64,000 nt of DNA from a virus (lineage: Duplodnaviria; Caudoviricetes). This document shows, piece by piece, positions 1-9,708 of the stretch. Both the position numbers and the translations under genes were made by a program. Location: positions 1 through 64,000 of the IMG/VR virus record IMGVR_UViG_2565956658_000004. One strand, given 5' to 3'. The notes under the pieces were generated by a model that saw only the letters and a list, made by a program, of their open reading frames with translations, did no database searches and was not told the origin of the DNA. The number at the start of each line of letters is the position of its first letter. The first letter of the stretch is position 1.

Positions 1-144
1 TTAACTTCTCCAAATCGATTCTTTAAACTTGGCATTGGCTACCAGATCCGTAATTTCCGATTCATTCACGTTGTCATATATATGAGTCATGTTGCCCCCG
101 AACACAGTCAGTGTTCGGGTGAGGGTGGAATATTTAAATCTCAT
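1..144 (-). CDS. Small early phage protein (47 aa, MRFKYSTLTRTLTVFGGN...), not in ORF track
   Basis: ATG at 144 overlaps the stop of the ATPase gene; open frame to TAA at 1-3. Confidence 0.6.
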   Translation of the reverse strand: MRFKYSTLTRTLTVFGGNMTHIYDNVNESEITDLVANAKFKESIWRS

Positions 145-1211
145 GCTGACCATCCCTCCATGTCTGACTTTGCTTGGCAGGCATTTAAAATATTTTGTTC
201 GTATTTCGACCCTCTGAAATATTCAGCAGGTCTATTAAGTGCATTAATGTTTGGCGCTTTCTGAATATCTTGCAGAGCAAGTTTGTAGTCATTCTCTAAG
301 CGCGAATCTGACTCAGTCTGTAACTGTTGCTCATTTGCCTGATGAGCTTGTTTGTTTCGCTCAATAATGGCTTGAATACCTGCACAGGTCTCATCAAACT
401 TCTGTTGTTGAACATCATGTAGACTATTAAACCCACGTTTGCTGCAATATTTCTCTATATCAATGCCTGCCTGTTGCATTAAATGCTCAAGCTCTAAATA
501 TTGATTTCCATTGATACACGCATTGGCAGTTCCAGACAGCAACCACTGTCTGAGTAGAACGCCGTCACTTTCATTTAACTGGCGTGGTTCTAAAAACAGG
601 CGAGTACGGTCTTTTGTCGCAACTGCTATATTGTCATGTGTCAGATCCAGTACCGTAGAAAATTCATATTCGATGCCATCACGCTGTTCTGCTTTCATCC
701 CAACTCTTTCTACACGCTTTTTGCCATTATCGTTGGTTTGAATGGTTTCCATTTTTGAGCGGATGGTTACGATAATATTGATACTGGATTGAAGCATTGC
801 ATCAATAAACTTACGGTGTTGAGGTGTTACCTGACTCCAAGCACCCCATGAATTACCTTTAAAGGTTGTAGAGGATAATTTATCCACCATTTCCAAACAG
901 CCACCAACACCAGACCATTCATGTGTGATGCTGTCCAGAATTAAAGTATCAAAGCCTGCATTCTCAGCCGCTTTAATCACTGAGATAAACTTTTCAGGTG
1001 TGTAAGGTGGTTGAATGTTGGCATGTTCAAATTCAACCAAATCATCGTAGAGTTCAGCACTACTATTTTCTGTGTCAGCTACAGCGATACGACCGCCAAT
1101 ACCTTTGGCAAGTAATAAGGCTGTAAATGTTTTTCCTGAACCTGTAGGGCCAGCAATCGCCAATCGTAATTTGGCATTTTTACGCTCAGCCTTTTTAAAG
1201 AATACTGTCAT
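141..1211 (-). CDS. Sak4-like / AAA_24 phage recombination ATPase
   Basis: Walker A GPTGSGKT, Walker B LILDSITHEW, EYEF motif; early-left position. Confidence 0.85.
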   Translation of the reverse strand: MTVFFKKAERKNAKLRLAIAGPTGSGKTFTALLLAKGIGGRIAVADTENSSAELYDDLVEFEHANIQPPYTPEKFISVIKAAENAGFDTLILDSITHEWSGVGGCLEMVDKLSSTTFKGNSWGAWSQVTPQHRKFIDAMLQSSINIIVTIRSKMETIQTNDNGKKRVERVGMKAEQRDGIEYEFSTVLDLTHDNIAVATKDRTRLFLEPRQLNESDGVLLRQWLLSGTANACINGNQYLELEHLMQQAGIDIEKYCSKRGFNSLHDVQQQKFDETCAGIQAIIERNKQAHQANEQQLQTESDSRLENDYKLALQDIQKAPNINALNRPAEYFRGSKYEQNILNACQAKSDMEGWSA

Positions 1212-1221
1212 GATCTAATCC

Positions 1222-1572
1222 TTAATTCGACTTTGCGTTGTGGTATGCAATACGTTGGTTTGCGCTATATGGCGTGCGATGGAAGCAGTCTTTCGCAAAC
1301 ATTGATTTGCGTTCTTTTTTACGTTGATCATTAACTTCTTGGCGTAAGTTACTGAGAATGTATGGTTTTTCTTTGAGTAATTCAGCACTTACAGTTTTTG
1401 AAGCGTTATGTGATTCAATACGAATATCAGTTAAATTTTGATTCGTAGAGAAGATTTGAGGGCCTAGACGCACGTGATAGCGAGTAACTATATACTCATT
1501 AAAAAGTGATGTGCCTTGAATGGGTTTGCGGACTACTTCTTCAGTAGTTTTTTTAAATTCGCGGAATGACAT
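1222..1572 (-). CDS. Hypothetical early phage protein
   Basis: ORF coupled to neighbours in leftward operon. Confidence 0.65.
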   Translation of the reverse strand: MSFREFKKTTEEVVRKPIQGTSLFNEYIVTRYHVRLGPQIFSTNQNLTDIRIESHNASKTVSAELLKEKPYILSNLRQEVNDQRKKERKSMFAKDCFHRTPYSANQRIAYHNAKSN

Positions 1573-2028
1573 TTAAATACCCTCCGTCAAATTATGTTTT
1601 TTGATGTAAGAAACGAGGGCAGCATTGATGCCTTGGTGATCTAGGTTAATTGTGAAATCGTTATATTTATGTTTGCCAGTGATATCAGTAATTACACCGA
1701 TCTCAAGGTTATTAATCTCAATCACAGACTCGTCATGCTCGATGGATGTGTCAAATGTAAATTTAACTGGGACGATAAAGCTTCCCATACTGACAATCGC
1801 ATCACCTGTAATATTAGATGTTAGCTTTGTGGTCGCTACTTGATAGTAATCTTGAGTTATAACCTGTTGCTCAAGGATAGGTGTAATAGTGTCGCTGGCC
1901 TGAACTTTGTTGATAGCCCAGTACCAACAAAATATAAATAGAGCTGCGAACAGCCATGTTAAAAGCACGACAGATACAACTTTTAACACTGATGTATTGT
2001 CGTCAATCGTTTTTAGTTCCATAATCAC
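1573..2028 (-). CDS. Hypothetical early protein with one N-terminal TM helix
   Basis: Hydrophobic stretch VVSVVLLTWLFAALFIFCWYW; GAGGTG RBS; first gene after PL. Confidence 0.65.
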   Translation of the reverse strand: MIMELKTIDDNTSVLKVVSVVLLTWLFAALFIFCWYWAINKVQASDTITPILEQQVITQDYYQVATTKLTSNITGDAIVSMGSFIVPVKFTFDTSIEHDESVIEINNLEIGVITDITGKHKYNDFTINLDHQGINAALVSYIKKHNLTEGI

Positions 2029-2044
2029 CTCATGTTTAAGTAAG

Positions 2045-2080
2045 AAGCCCTGATGCCGTGGAAAGTTTTCAGGGCTTTTT
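2045..2080. terminator. Intrinsic terminator-like hairpin in PL leader
   Basis: AAGCCCTGA...TCAGGGCTTTTT. Confidence 0.6.
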
Positions 2081-2097
2081 GCTGTCTTGTTGGAAAA

Positions 2098-2148
2098 ATA
2101 GTAAGCTAACTTACCTTTATAGTCAAGCGTTTAGGTAATTAAAATTAC
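2098..2148 (-). promoter_or_regulatory. PL promoter with two repressor operators (OL)
   Basis: Minus-strand TTGACT-17-TACTAT (2126 to 2098); palindromes GTAAGCTAACTTAC (2101-2114) and GTAATTAAAATTAC (2135-2148). Confidence 0.75.
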
Positions 2149-2216
2149 TTTAATTTGATTTTAACTTACTTTTTTGTGTTTAATAGACAAAAGAAAACCT
2201 GCATAAGGCAGGTTGT

Positions 2217-2546
2217 ATGGAGTTTATTAAGATGAATGAAGATACTAAAAAGTTAGAATGTGGTGTAATTCCAGCTGGCACACGAATTAAACTGTATGAA
2301 GCACCACTCATACTTCAACAAGATACTGAGGTTAATACTTCGCAAGCGTTTATTGATAAAGCCTTGAAAGATGAGCAGGACTTTTATAATGGTATTGGGG
2401 TTGTTGGCGAACATCCCACTGATAAATTGGCGCAAGGTGCATTATCATCAATGACTATATCTAATGCTATTTCGGGATCAGGTTTGAAAATTCTTCCAGC
2501 ACCTGCTCGCATCGAAATCGTTGATAATCTGGTGTCTGAACTTTAG
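2217..2546 (+). CDS. Hypothetical protein in immunity region
   Basis: 109-aa ORF convergent with the cI operon. Confidence 0.5.
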   Translation: MEFIKMNEDTKKLECGVIPAGTRIKLYEAPLILQQDTEVNTSQAFIDKALKDEQDFYNGIGVVGEHPTDKLAQGALSSMTISNAISGSGLKILPAPARIEIVDNLVSEL

Positions 2547-2630
2547 AAGTTATCCGATGACATTGCAGTTGCAAATCCTCCAGCTTCTGCTTTAGCTGTT
2601 CTGGACATGGGTGCGTTTCTATTAAAGCTC

Positions 2631-3167
2631 TTACAGCAACGTTGATTGCTGATGTTGTTTATTTTCTTCTATTGAAATTGCTATAAGTATAAGTACACCT
2701 ATAACTAAGGCAACACCAAATATATATTTTATAATTGTATAGAGATTCCTTTTTTTTACTTCTTGTTCCTTTTTTAACAAATTTTGATATTCATCATGAA
2801 TAATGTTGATTTCATCCAAAATTAGACGGTTTATATTGTTAAGCTGCTTAGTACCATCATTTTCTGTATAAGAGTATTTTTTAGTTAGCTGTTCTCTAAT
2901 TTCTTTAATCCGATCATCAGGATCATAACCATATATTATTTTTGTTATGTAAAAACATAAAGGTGCGAATAACCACCATAATAGTAAAAATAAACAGAAA
3001 ATTATGCCTATAGCCCTTAAGATTGCTTCAATAAATCCATAGCAATATAGACATATTGCAAAAACAACAAACGACATAATATAAAAACCAAGCCAAGACT
3101 GCTTTTCATATTCTTTAGTTTTTAGCTCAATTAGTTTAGTTAAATTTTTATGAATTTCATTAAGCAT
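2631..3167 (-). CDS. Membrane protein downstream of cI (rex-like position)
   Basis: Three hydrophobic segments, very AT-rich, co-oriented with cI. Confidence 0.7.
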   Translation of the reverse strand: MLNEIHKNLTKLIELKTKEYEKQSWLGFYIMSFVVFAICLYCYGFIEAILRAIGIIFCLFLLLWWLFAPLCFYITKIIYGYDPDDRIKEIREQLTKKYSYTENDGTKQLNNINRLILDEINIIHDEYQNLLKKEQEVKKRNLYTIIKYIFGVALVIGVLILIAISIEENKQHQQSTLL

Positions 3168-3265
3168 TCTATCCCCATTATTAAATTTTTCTTACTCGGT
3201 TTAGTCATGAGCCACCCAATGGTCTAAATCCACTCATTTTTTCGCCTTTATAAAATATTTTTAGA

Positions 3266-3982
3266 TTAACCTGAGCGATAACGAACACGGCCAAAAACTT
3301 TGAATTGATTACCGTAGCTATCATCATAAAGTGGGGTGACAGTTTTATCTTTATAAGCCTTATTTCTTGGATGTAGCGTTAATACACCGCCTTGCTCTTT
3401 AAATATTTGCCTGATGAGTGCTTCTTTTTCAAAATAAATCGCATAGGTTTCTCCGTCCATAATTTCTGTATCCGAAGTATCTATTCCAACAGCATCACCA
3501 TCAAATAGATATTCTTCGTTACTATCACCTTTATTCATGATTAATTTGAAGTTTTGAGATTTTATATTGCGCTTTCGGAAAAAATCTGGCTCAAATGAAA
3601 GTTGTTTTTTTATTTCGTCAAAATGAAATTCAATAGATTCACCATCACCGCTACAAAAACGGACGTTATACATATTAATCCAAATCTTTTGGTCTCGCTC
3701 TTCTTGTGCTAAATCATCATGAGTAATTACGCTTGGAATACCATCAATAAATGCAGCTACTTTTTCCGCATTACTGGTATCTGTACCACCATTTAATAGC
3801 CAATTGGGTGTTGAATCTAAAGCTTTAGCGAGAGCCATTAAACTTTCATGTTTGGGTAGATTCTCGTCTTTTTCCCAATAAATTACAGATGTTTTTGATA
3901 CACCAACTACATCAGCTAATTGTTGCTGAGTTAATTTTTTTTCTTTGCGTAGTTTTTTAAGACGTATTCCTAAGGTTTCCAT
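3266..3982 (-). CDS. cI: CI-like repressor (XRE HTH plus S24-like domain); probable start METLG at 3982
   Basis: LTQQQLADVVGVSKTSVIYWE HTH; GDS motif; C-terminal GRVRY; divergent from cro. Confidence 0.9.
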   Translation of the reverse strand: METLGIRLKKLRKEKKLTQQQLADVVGVSKTSVIYWEKDENLPKHESLMALAKALDSTPNWLLNGGTDTSNAEKVAAFIDGIPSVITHDDLAQEERDQKIWINMYNVRFCSGDGESIEFHFDEIKKQLSFEPDFFRKRNIKSQNFKLIMNKGDSNEEYLFDGDAVGIDTSDTEIMDGETYAIYFEKEALIRQIFKEQGGVLTLHPRNKAYKDKTVTPLYDDSYGNQFKVFGRVRYRSG

Positions 3983-4003
3983 TACAAAACACCATTCTGC
4001 TAT

Positions 4004-4066
4004 GTAAGTAATCTTACCAATTGACAAGGTAAGTTTTATGCTATTTAATTTGGTAAGTTAAATTAC
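4004..4066 (+). promoter_or_regulatory. OR operators and PR promoter
   Basis: GTAAGTAATCTTAC (4004-4017), degenerate site 4029-4042, GTAAGTTAAATTAC (4053-4066); TTGACA(4021)-17-TTTAAT. Confidence 0.75.
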
Positions 4067-4082
4067 TTTTTAGGTAGCTTAG

Positions 4083-4289
4083 ATGACTAAATCTGAAGCA
4101 CTAAACCTGCTCAAATGCTCTGTTACACAATTGGCCGTAAAACTTGGAATTTCCCACAATGCCATTAGTCAATGGGACGAAGAAAAAATCCCTTTGGCTC
4201 GCGAGTATCAGATTAAAGACCTTGCTAGTGGTAGAGAGCCATTAAAGCGATCAGTTGCAATCACCCAGGAAAAATCATGCAGAACATAA
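4083..4289 (+). CDS. cro: Cro-like repressor
   Basis: QLAVKLGISHNAISQW...IP HTH; divergent from cI. Confidence 0.85.
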   Translation: MTKSEALNLLKCSVTQLAVKLGISHNAISQWDEEKIPLAREYQIKDLASGREPLKRSVAITQEKSCRT

Positions 4290-4594
4290 ATTTTACAATC
4301 TTTTCATTTAGCAAGAAATTACTTGCTCCGATGTCAACTCGCGTACCACTAGAAATACAAGAATTGGTTGATGACTTAGCAGAAAGCCAAGGCAGTGATA
4401 GAGCAAAGTGGTTGAGAGAAGCCATAGATTTAAAGATCGAGCTAGAGACAGGTCAATCATCTATTGAAGCATTAAAAAAATCAAAGAATACAACGTATTC
4501 AAGCGTATTCACGAATGTATACAAGACCGTGAATACATTTTTTCAGACATTAAAAAAGCCCGAAGTTGCGATTCGGACTTTTCGTGTTCAATAA
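4277..4594 (+). CDS. DNA-binding regulator in CII position (ribbon-helix-helix-like)
   Basis: STRVPLEIQELVDDLA...RAKWLREAI pattern. Confidence 0.6.
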   Translation: MQNINFTIFSFSKKLLAPMSTRVPLEIQELVDDLAESQGSDRAKWLREAIDLKIELETGQSSIEALKKSKNTTYSSVFTNVYKTVNTFFQTLKKPEVAIRTFRVQ

Positions 4595-4612
4595 CTTGGA
4601 GAGATAAAGAAC

Positions 4613-5017
4613 ATGGATAATTTACCAAAACACCCATGCGCTGGCAAATGCAGCGAATTTAAAGAGGAGCAGTGCAAGCACTGTTTAATTCCTAATACTA
4701 CTTACAAGTTCATCGAAGGTGGCAAGGTCGTTTATATAGATTCTGAAAAATCAGATCAAATAATGACGATCACTCAGGTACAAAAGAATGGTGTGCTGAT
4801 AGATGGAAATAGTAATTTTGCACTAAACCATTTAATCCGTAATGCAACACCAGAAGAACACAAAGCCAATAAGCGTTTAACAGGCGCAACTTACTTTTTG
4901 GGTTGGGATTTAGCTGCTGGTAATGATCAGCATATAGAACATCTTGCTAAAAGTATTTCTAAAGATGAGCGCATCCATTTGAGCAACGCAATCAAAGCTC
5001 AACAGGAGGTCTCATGA
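4613..5017 (+). CDS. Hypothetical phage protein
   Basis: GGAG RBS; Cys-rich N-terminus; overlaps next gene. Confidence 0.65.
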   Translation: MDNLPKHPCAGKCSEFKEEQCKHCLIPNTTYKFIEGGKVVYIDSEKSDQIMTITQVQKNGVLIDGNSNFALNHLIRNATPEEHKANKRLTGATYFLGWDLAAGNDQHIEHLAKSISKDERIHLSNAIKAQQEVS

Positions 5018-5322
5018 TCTCTCAAGAAAAATTTAGTTCTCAGGCTGAGCACAAGCAAACACAATCTATCCAGTCTTTTTATGATCCAGCACTTCATACA
5101 TTGGAAAAATTGCTTGATGTGCGCAAAGCCAATTTACGGAAACGCAATGACGATGAATCCAAAGCGGCTGTAACACGCAATGAGTTCATACAAGCACTGC
5201 ATGATGAGCATCGTATTTCTATTTGGTATGCAGCTGAAGTTGTATCGAGTTTAAAACGTGCTAGGAAAATAAATTGTTTCGGCAGTTTTATCAATCTTCC
5301 GATTCAGGTTGGTGAATCATGA
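5014..5322 (+). CDS. Hypothetical phage protein (possible winged helix)
   Basis: ATGA coupling on both sides. Confidence 0.65.
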   Translation: MISQEKFSSQAEHKQTQSIQSFYDPALHTLEKLLDVRKANLRKRNDDESKAAVTRNEFIQALHDEHRISIWYAAEVVSSLKRARKINCFGSFINLPIQVGES

Positions 5323-5828
5323 CTGATAACGCCTCAATTCTTGTCCTTACAGATATTCTGCTGCTGCCAGTGGATGAACGCTTACAAGCCATTAAGGAAA
5401 AATTTGCCAAAAAAACTACTGAGGAACTTCTTGAGCTGGTGAGCACATTAGTTAATGTGACTGATGTTTATACCAATGCTTGTGATGAGGCTGTAGAGCT
5501 TCATTTATCAATTCACTCTGACGTGCATCCAGATAAGTTGAATTACAACAAACCAAGTTTTCATGGTGCATTGAATGGATTAATCCTTGCGACAAAAGCA
5601 CCTAATCAAGCTGTACTTTGTCATAGCTGTGCTTATAAGCAAGGTACTTTAGCAAATTCATCGTTAAGCACTCAGTCTGATGTTGCTTACGCTTTAAGTG
5701 AATGTGCGACTTTCAATTGTCACCAAAATATTGAAAACCTTGATTGCCCAAGTGCTGATGACATTAAACGTATGCGTCCATGTAAAGGATGGGCGCAGCA
5801 TGTGAAGATGAGAGGGGCAAAACAATGA
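5319..5828 (+). CDS. Hypothetical protein with Cys/His-rich C-terminus
   Basis: CHSC, FNCH and RPCKGW motifs; translationally coupled. Confidence 0.65.
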   Translation: MTDNASILVLTDILLLPVDERLQAIKEKFAKKTTEELLELVSTLVNVTDVYTNACDEAVELHLSIHSDVHPDKLNYNKPSFHGALNGLILATKAPNQAVLCHSCAYKQGTLANSSLSTQSDVAYALSECATFNCHQNIENLDCPSADDIKRMRPCKGWAQHVKMRGAKQ

Positions 5829-7726
5829 ATATGGTGAATAATTTTGATTTATTGCCTCATGAATTGATCATTGATAATTTCGCTGGTGGCGGTGGGACTA
5901 GTACAGGTCTTGAACAAGCTTTTGGTCGACCTGTTGATATTGCTATCAACTATGACCCAAAAGCACTAGCAATGCATCGCGCAAACCATCCTGAAACTAA
6001 ACATTATTGTGAATCAGTTTGGGATATTGACCCAATTGAAGTCACAGGCAACCAACCAGTAGGCTTAGTTTGGCTTTCTCCAGATTGTAAGCATTTTTCC
6101 AAGGCAAAAGGTGGCAAACCTGTTGAGAAAAAAATTAGAGGATTGGCTTGGGTTGCATTACGTTGGGCTGCTAAAACACGTCCACGGATCATCATGCTTG
6201 AAAATGTTGAGGAGTTTAAAACTTGGGGTGATTTAGGACCAGATGGTCGCCCATGCCCTAAAAAGAAAGGGCGTACTTTTAACTGTTTTGTTAATGCGCT
6301 TAAACGTCAAGGGTATAACGTTGATTGGAAAGAATTACGTGCCTGTGACTTCGGTTCACCAACTATCCGTAAACGGTTTTTTTTAATTGCTCGTCGTGAC
6401 GGTCTTTCAATTAAATGGCCACAACCCACACATGCAGATCCTGAATCTAAAGCAGTTAAGACAGGCAAATTGAAACCTTGGCGAACTGCGGCAGAATGTA
6501 TTGATTGGTCTATACCATGCCCAAGTATATTTGAGCGTAAAAATCCGTTAGCTGATGCTACATGCAAACGCATAGCTACAGGAATTATGCGCTATGTTGT
6601 GAACAATCCTAATCCATTCATAGTTAAATCTAATCATACGGCCAGTTACTACAATTGTTTCCGTGGTCAGCAAATTAACGAACCACTTCAAACTATAACA
6701 AGTGCACCGGGTTTTAGTTTAGTAGTGCCATTTTTAGCTGGTGCTGGTGGACCTAAATACTCAGCTAAACCTACAACTATAAATAAACCTATTGGCACGT
6801 TGGTAGCCTCTGGAAATTACAAAGCGATTATTTCACCTGTGCTCATTAAGTTTAGATACAACAGCATGGGAGAGAGTATTCAGAATCCACTACCAACGAT
6901 TACTGCTGGAAGTTATATCAAGCGACCTGGTGGTGCTGGTCATGCTTTAGGTTTGTGTGTACCTAAATTGATAAGCCCAGTTTTAACTGAGTGTGCAAAT
7001 GCATCATCGCCAAGATGTATGCCCGTTACAGGTCCACTCAGAACAATTTGTGCAAATGTTAAAGGCGGGCATCACGCGTTAATTGCACCTACATTGGTTG
7101 TAAATACTTCTAATCATTCTGGTAATAGTGCAAATAATCCACTGCATACAATTGCTACAGGTGGTCATCATGCTCTTGTAAGTGCATTTATTGCTAAAAA
7201 TTATACTGGTGTGGTTGGTAGCCCTGTAACAGGACCAGTTCATACAGTGACGGCTAAAGATCATCACAGTTTAGTTACAAGCAATATCATCAAATTGCGT
7301 AATAACAATGTTGGTCATGCTGTAGATGAACCACTTCATACGATTACCACTTCAGGTGGACATTTTGCGCAAGTACAAGCATTTCTAACTGCGTTTTATG
7401 GAAATGAAAAAGATGGCAATCATTTGACAAACCCTTTAAGAACTGTGACAGCTAAAGAACGTTTTGGTTTGGTAGCGGTCGCTGATCAAGTCTACCAGAT
7501 TGCCGATATCGGTTTTCGTATGTTGCAGCCAGTTGAGTTGTACAAAGCACAAGGCTTTCCAGAATCATATATTTTCAGTTATGGAATTGATGAGCATGGC
7601 AATACGATCAAGCTGACCAAAACTGAGCAAAATCGGATGGTGGGCAATTCTGTACCGCCACAGTTATCAAAAGCTTTAGTTTTGGCGAACTTCCAGCATG
7701 AAAAAGTATATGGGGGAGCAGTATGA
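5825..7726 (+). CDS. DNA (cytosine-5) methyltransferase with repetitive variable region
   Basis: FAGGGG, SPDC, ENV, RKRFF and GNSV motifs; repeated PLxT(I/V)T units. Confidence 0.92.
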   Translation: MNMVNNFDLLPHELIIDNFAGGGGTSTGLEQAFGRPVDIAINYDPKALAMHRANHPETKHYCESVWDIDPIEVTGNQPVGLVWLSPDCKHFSKAKGGKPVEKKIRGLAWVALRWAAKTRPRIIMLENVEEFKTWGDLGPDGRPCPKKKGRTFNCFVNALKRQGYNVDWKELRACDFGSPTIRKRFFLIARRDGLSIKWPQPTHADPESKAVKTGKLKPWRTAAECIDWSIPCPSIFERKNPLADATCKRIATGIMRYVVNNPNPFIVKSNHTASYYNCFRGQQINEPLQTITSAPGFSLVVPFLAGAGGPKYSAKPTTINKPIGTLVASGNYKAIISPVLIKFRYNSMGESIQNPLPTITAGSYIKRPGGAGHALGLCVPKLISPVLTECANASSPRCMPVTGPLRTICANVKGGHHALIAPTLVVNTSNHSGNSANNPLHTIATGGHHALVSAFIAKNYTGVVGSPVTGPVHTVTAKDHHSLVTSNIIKLRNNNVGHAVDEPLHTITTSGGHFAQVQAFLTAFYGNEKDGNHLTNPLRTVTAKERFGLVAVADQVYQIADIGFRMLQPVELYKAQGFPESYIFSYGIDEHGNTIKLTKTEQNRMVGNSVPPQLSKALVLANFQHEKVYGGAV

Positions 7727-8673
7727 GCTTGGACGCAACCATATGGGCATGGCGAACACGTCAGAAACAGAAAAGTGGTGGAGCATTAAAACCACTTAAA
7801 AAATTAGTGCTTCTATCGATGGCAGATCGTGCTGGTGAGGATCATGTTTGTTATCCAAGTATTGCACGTCTTGTAGAAGATACAGAGATGGATCGTAAAA
7901 CAGTTCTGAAAATTATTGATGAACTGATTGAGGATGGATTGATTGAAGATACAGGTGAGCGAAAAGGACGTACAAAGCAAGTAAAAGTCTATCGTTTATT
8001 TGGTGTTAAAGGTCGTGAAACAGTACCAGTAACGGTACTCTTTAATGATGAAAATAATGATTTAAACAGTACCAACAATGGAACAGTTCCAACAGTGGAA
8101 CAGTTCCAACAATCCGTTGAAACAGTCCCAACAATTCCGCCTAACAGTCCCAACGTTGGGACACGGAATCTACCAAAGAATCTTCCAGAAGAATCTATAA
8201 ATAAAAAACATTGGCTTTGTTCAAAAAAATTGAGTGAAGAAATTTCTCAAGCAGATCCAGACACTAATCCAAATGACATTCTAAATGCGACTTGGTTTAA
8301 CCGCGAATTTAGAGCATTCGAGTTATTCAATGCTGAGAACAATCTTTGTGATGAATTGATGATTTACCACTTTGCGAACCGGTTGCTTGAAGCGAAAGCC
8401 AGATATGACGGTATGAAACAACCTCGCTCATATTCAACCAAAGGTAATTACAAGGCTAAATCAACACTTTCATTGACTGATAAACAAATCAAACTTTTTG
8501 CCGAAAAACTCTCTCAACTTTCAAGCTTTAGCAAATATTCGGAAGGTAGGGAAAGTTACGAGCAATTTGCAGCTCGAATCGCAACCAAACTGAAAGACCC
8601 TAAATATTTTACTGAATGGCTGCCTTATTTACGCGAGGTTGGCTTTGTTCAGCATGGAGATTATGCAGCATGA
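7723..8673 (+). CDS. Phage replication initiator (N-terminal HTH, lambda O-like)
   Basis: KLVLLSMADRA...CYPSIARL motif; internal iterons. Confidence 0.85.
   Translation: MSLDATIWAWRTRQKQKSGGALKPLKKLVLLSMADRAGEDHVCYPSIARLVEDTEMDRKTVLKIIDELIEDGLIEDTGERKGRTKQVKVYRLFGVKGRETVPVTVLFNDENNDLNSTNNGTVPTVEQFQQSVETVPTIPPNSPNVGTRNLPKNLPEESINKKHWLCSKKLSEEISQADPDTNPNDILNATWFNREFRAFELFNAENNLCDELMIYHFANRLLEAKARYDGMKQPRSYSTKGNYKAKSTLSLTDKQIKLFAEKLSQLSSFSKYSEGRESYEQFAARIATKLKDPKYFTEWLPYLREVGFVQHGDYAA
8019..8165 (+). repeat. Iteron cluster / probable phage replication origin
   Basis: About six AACAGT(A/T/C)CC units, most followed by AAC, within the initiator gene; A-rich tract downstream. Confidence 0.75.
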
Positions 8674-9038
8674 TGAGTTTAAACACATATGCAGACCTTC
8701 AAGCTGCAAAAGCATTAATTCAAGACTTTGATGGTCGTATGTATATCGAGCGCGATAGTTTCTTTGATAACAATTTTGATGTCGTCGCAAATGAGAACGA
8801 GTTGGAGCAGCTGCGCACTGCAGTTAATAAAATTGAATTTATACCTGGTTCATATGTGTACGTTGATTTCACACACCAGCTTGAAAAAGATTCACCAAAA
8901 ATTCACTTCCAAGGTAAAGGCGTTTTAGATCGAGTTGAAGATGGTCGTGTCTATGGTCGATTAGATGATGGCCGAACTTTCACTTGTCTGTTTGATGATA
9001 TAGCCCTAACAGCTAAAAAAGGGCAAATGTATGAGTAA
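8670..9038 (+). CDS. Hypothetical phage protein
   Basis: Probable ATGA start overlapping the initiator stop. Confidence 0.6.
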   Translation: MMSLNTYADLQAAKALIQDFDGRMYIERDSFFDNNFDVVANENELEQLRTAVNKIEFIPGSYVYVDFTHQLEKDSPKIHFQGKGVLDRVEDGRVYGRLDDGRTFTCLFDDIALTAKKGQMYE

Positions 9039-9708
9039 AACCCCCAACTGGAAAAACATTGTTATCAATAAAGGCAATATTGATGGTTTGGAAGAAGAAG
9101 CAGACAAACGCACACATCGTAAAGCACGTGAACGCAGATCCACAGACGTAAAAACTGTTGTTCAATGTCCAATAACAACACAAAGCATGGGTTTAGACCG
9201 CTTACATACTTGTTCTAACGGTGGAATGGTTATTCAAGGAGAAGAATATATCGCTGTTAAATTGCCATACGGTATCAGCACAAACGATATTTGGCGTTTA
9301 CAGACAGATAGCAAGGGAAAGCCTAGCGTTGGTTTGAGTGATGAAGCTAAGTATTTCAAGCAGCGTGTTTACCGCATGTACGCACCAATTTTAAGAGCTC
9401 TGGGCTGGAAGCCTACAAACAGACCATGTGAAGTGCGTTTAATCGTTCAGCCACCTAAAAAGCTACAAAGTTATAGCGCATCTAAATATCCACGCTATGA
9501 CATCGACAATTATTCAAAAATCTTAATCGACTCTTTGAAGGGTATAGACCTACTTTTCAAAGATGACAATGTATTCGTCCAAGAGAAGGTGCAGTTAGCA
9601 GAGCCGATTACTGGCGGTTGTGTATGGCTTTCTTGCGTGTTTATAGGAGAAACGAACTGGCTTGATAAAAAAGTTGATTTTGATTGGTTGGCGGGTAGAC
9701 AGGCATGA
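9031..9708 (+). CDS. rusA: RusA-family Holliday junction resolvase
   Basis: DIDNYSKILIDSL...DD motif. Confidence 0.8.
   Translation: MSKTPNWKNIVINKGNIDGLEEEADKRTHRKARERRSTDVKTVVQCPITTQSMGLDRLHTCSNGGMVIQGEEYIAVKLPYGISTNDIWRLQTDSKGKPSVGLSDEAKYFKQRVYRMYAPILRALGWKPTNRPCEVRLIVQPPKKLQSYSASKYPRYDIDNYSKILIDSLKGIDLLFKDDNVFVQEKVQLAEPITGGCVWLSCVFIGETNWLDKKVDFDWLAGRQA

Noticed and set aside
8019-8165. Short tandem repeats as a possible CRISPR or DGR
   Set aside because: Irregular 9-13-bp units inside the initiator gene fit replication iterons.
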